Assembly (NCBI GenBank): GCA_038207085.1 | Contig: JBBRAE010000019.1 | Location: 1 to 56,971, forward strand | DNA: 56,971 nucleotides | DNA from: Armatimonadota bacterium | GTDB lineage: Bacteria > Armatimonadota > UBA5829 > DTLH01 | Direction of reading: 5' to 3' | Shown: positions 54,477 through 56,971 of the stretch, in pieces | Layout of the letters: the number at the start of each line of letters is the position of its first letter | Numbering within the stretch: position 1 is the first letter of the stretch | Position numbers and translations under genes: made by a program | Notes under the pieces: model-generated | Told to the model about the DNA's origin: nothing | The model's database searches: none | The model's input: the letters and a program-made list of their open reading frames with translations, nothing else

Positions 54477-56971
54477 ATGTCGGATACTACCACAACATCA
54501 AACAACGCAACAGTAACCCCGTTCTGCCTGCGCTGCGAGTATCGAAAGAGCCCCGTAGGTATGGACGTTACCCGCCCCCGGCTGGGTTGGAAGCTGGAGC
54601 AGATCGACAAGAAACGCCGGGGATGCCATCAGACGGCATACGAGATTGAAGTCGCGAGCACACTGGCGTTACTGCACGACGGCTCGCCTGATCTGTGGAG
54701 TACGGACAAAGTCCAGTCGGACGAAACAATACATATCGAGTATGACGGCAAGCCGCTTCAGAGCAGGCAGTCCTGCTTCTGGCGCGTCCGGGTCTGGGAT
54801 GAAGAGGACTGCGTCTCTCCCTGGAGCGATCCGGCAAGCTGGAATATGGGGCTGCTGGAGAAGTCCGACTGGGATGCGCAGTGGATCGAGGAAAAGGAGC
54901 CGTATCAGGTCAAGGACGACTCGGACTTCCCTCCTGCAGTCAGCTTCCGCAAGGAGTTCAGCCTGGATTCCCCGGTTCGGCGTGCGACCGCCTACGTAAC
55001 TGGACTGGGCACATATGAGATGTTCGTTAACGGCTCCCGAGTGGGTGATCACGTGCTGGCCCCGGAATGGACGGACTACCGAGCCCGCATCCAGTATCAG
55101 ACCTTCGACGTCACCGACCTCGTCAGTCAGGGCGCAAATGCCATCGGTGCGTGGGTAGGAATGGGCTGGTATATGAGCACGCTGATGGCGTTCGGACGGT
55201 TCGCATACGGCAAAGATCATCGTCTCCTTGTGCGACTTGAGATTGAGCTTGAAGACGGCTCAGTCGAGACGATCATCACCGACGATTCCTGGAAATCGAA
55301 CCACGACGGGCCGATCAGGCTGAACGGCATCTACGAGGGAGAAGACTACGACGCCAGTCTCGAAACCCCGGGCTGGAACCAGCCGGAGTTTGATGACAGC
55401 GGATGGAAGCAAGTAAAGACCGCGCCGCTCGGCGAAGAAGCCCTGGTCTGGCAGCCGAATGAGCCAATCAGAGTCGTCGAAGAGCGCCGACCGATCAGCA
55501 TAATCAATCCTGCCCCGGGAACCTACGTGTTCGACCTCGGACAGAACATGACCGGTTGGTGCAGGATGAACGTCGTAGGCAGCGCCGGTCAGACCATAAG
55601 GGTCCGCTTCGCAGAGATGCTGAACGACGACGGCACTATATACACCGAGAATCTGAGAGGTGCGAGATGTATTTTCAACTACATCCCGAACGAAGACGGG
55701 CAGGTCGAGTTTGAGCCGCATTTCACCTATTTCGGATTCCGCTACGTGGAGTTGACCGGACTTGCCGAGCAGCCCATCCAACAGTCAGTCCTCGGCCGCG
55801 TCATTTACTCATCGAGTCCCGACGCAGGTGTTCTCGAGTGCTCAAACGCAATGCTCACACAGCTCGCAAAGAACATCCACTGGACGCAACGCGCGAATAT
55901 GTACAGTTCACCGACTGACTGCCCGCAGCGCGACGAACGCTTCGGCTGGATGGGCGACATACAGGCATTCTCTCAAACATCCACCTTCAACATGGACATG
56001 GCATCCTTCTTCACCAAGTGGGTGAAGGATGTGCGGGACGATCAGGCGGACGACGGGCGTTTCCCCGACTTCGCCCCGCACCCCGGCGACACAAATGGTG
56101 CGGGCTGGTGCGGCGTTCCTGCCTGGGGCGACGCCGGCACGGTCGTTCCGTGGCGGCAGTATCAGAACTACGGCGACACACGGATGATAGAGGAGCATTT
56201 CGAGTCGGCAAGACGCTGGGTCGACTATATCCACAAGGCCAATCCCGATCTGATCTGGCGTGAGGGCAGAGGCAACAACTACAACGACTGGCTCAACGGC
56301 GACACGCTTATCATGGATGGATGGCCGACAGAGGGCGCGACGGTCCCGCCGGACGTATTTGCCACCACGTTCTTTGCTCACTCGACCCAGATCGTCGCCC
56401 AAATGGCCGAGGTCACGGGCCGTCAACCCGAAGCTGAACATTACGCCAACCTCTTCGAGAATATCAAGACAGCTTTCAACGCCGCGTTCGTTAAGCCCGA
56501 CGGTCGGATAGAATCCGATACACAGGCTGCTTACGCGCTCGCCCTCCACTTCGACCTCCTTCCCGACAACATCAGGCCGCTTGCTGCGCAGCATATGGTC
56601 GATGGACTCGCGAGGTACAATGGCCATATGTCCACGGGAATACAGTCATCACACAGAATGATGCTTGAACTCGTGCGCACCGGACATCTGGACAAAGCCT
56701 ACGAGCTTGTTTTACTTACAGACTTCCCAAGCTTGGGAATGATGATAGAGAACGGCGCGACGACGATCTGGGAACGTTGGGACGGCTATGTGAAAGGTCG
56801 AGGCTTCCAAAATCCGGGCATGAACTCGTTCAACCACTGGGCATTCGGTGCGATAGGTGAGTGGATGTGGCGGCATATCGCGGGCATCAATCCGGACGAC
56901 AGGCATCCGGGATTCAAGCACTTCCTAATCCATCCTCGCCCTGGCGGAGGCCTGACCTGGGCAAAAGGCCG
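54477..56971 (+). CDS. Alpha-L-rhamnosidase, GH78; 3' end outside the window
   Basis: Manual translation from ATG 54477 (GAGG RBS): LRCEY..PRLGW, WRVRVWD, DLGQNMTGW, PTDCPQRDERFGWMGD, GATTIWERWD and MNSFNHWAFG. Not in the ORF track because it has no stop in the window. Confidence 0.9.
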   Translation, partial: MSDTTTTSNNATVTPFCLRCEYRKSPVGMDVTRPRLGWKLEQIDKKRRGCHQTAYEIEVASTLALLHDGSPDLWSTDKVQSDETIHIEYDGKPLQSRQSCFWRVRVWDEEDCVSPWSDPASWNMGLLEKSDWDAQWIEEKEPYQVKDDSDFPPAVSFRKEFSLDSPVRRATAYVTGLGTYEMFVNGSRVGDHVLAPEWTDYRARIQYQTFDVTDLVSQGANAIGAWVGMGWYMSTLMAFGRFAYGKDHRLLVRLEIELEDGSVETIITDDSWKSNHDGPIRLNGIYEGEDYDASLETPGWNQPEFDDSGWKQVKTAPLGEEALVWQPNEPIRVVEERRPISIINPAPGTYVFDLGQNMTGWCRMNVVGSAGQTIRVRFAEMLNDDGTIYTENLRGARCIFNYIPNEDGQVEFEPHFTYFGFRYVELTGLAEQPIQQSVLGRVIYSSSPDAGVLECSNAMLTQLAKNIHWTQRANMYSSPTDCPQRDERFGWMGDIQAFSQTSTFNMDMASFFTKWVKDVRDDQADDGRFPDFAPHPGDTNGAGWCGVPAWGDAGTVVPWRQYQNYGDTRMIEEHFESARRWVDYIHKANPDLIWREGRGNNYNDWLNGDTLIMDGWPTEGATVPPDVFATTFFAHSTQIVAQMAEVTGRQPEAEHYANLFENIKTAFNAAFVKPDGRIESDTQAAYALALHFDLLPDNIRPLAAQHMVDGLARYNGHMSTGIQSSHRMMLELVRTGHLDKAYELVLLTDFPSLGMMIENGATTIWERWDGYVKGRGFQNPGMNSFNHWAFGAIGEWMWRHIAGINPDDRHPGFKHFLIHPRPGGGLTWAKG

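Noticed and set aside
1..56971. CRISPR array, rRNA, tRNA or intact transposase/integrase
   Set aside because: I saw no regularly spaced direct repeats, cloverleaf-like sequences or transposase motifs. This is an inspection by eye, not a scan.

Overview
Bacterial genomic window, roughly 55-60% GC by eye, with no rRNA, tRNA or CRISPR array seen. It has four blocks. (1) 1-10.7 kb is a cell-surface glycan locus: a QW-motif protein running off the left edge, a SAM methyltransferase, Wzx, a Wzy/O-antigen ligase-like protein and an ArnT-like GT-C on the minus strand, with divergent GtrA, FAD oxidoreductase, HAD and GT2 genes. (2) 11-37.2 kb is the highlight, a roughly 26 kb cluster whose two arms are read from overlapping divergent sigma70-like promoters. 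The left arm encodes three PQQ-type beta-propellers, an NHL protein, a tiny Tat/Cys-rich protein, a Tat ferredoxin, a membrane polyferredoxin, a fused NuoE-NuoF (HydC-HydB-like) flavoprotein with bifurcating-type motifs, an Fe-S/FAD partner lacking its NADPH domain, a LolD/FtsX-type ABC exporter and a DUF318 permease. The right arm encodes a ferredoxin, a B12-type radical SAM enzyme, a short squalene-hopene-cyclase-like enzyme, a DUF116-polyprenyl synthase fusion and a prenyltransferase-beta-like protein, followed by two more beta-propellers. This looks like an uncharacterised system coupling terpenoid biosynthesis to trans-membrane electron transfer; the function is inference. (3) 37.2-49 kb holds mixed housekeeping genes (ICMT-family methyltransferase, sugar isomerase, Gfo/Idh/MocA, nitroreductase, stand-alone TRAM, two TrkA, GT2, alr, archaeal-type thymidylate synthase) and several gene remnants. 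(4) 49-57 kb is a sugar catabolism locus (GH127, FadR/GntR, LarA-family, aldehyde dehydrogenase, GH78 running off the right edge). Two real edge genes and several remnants are absent from the supplied ORF track. All family assignments come from motif recognition by eye; no searches were run.
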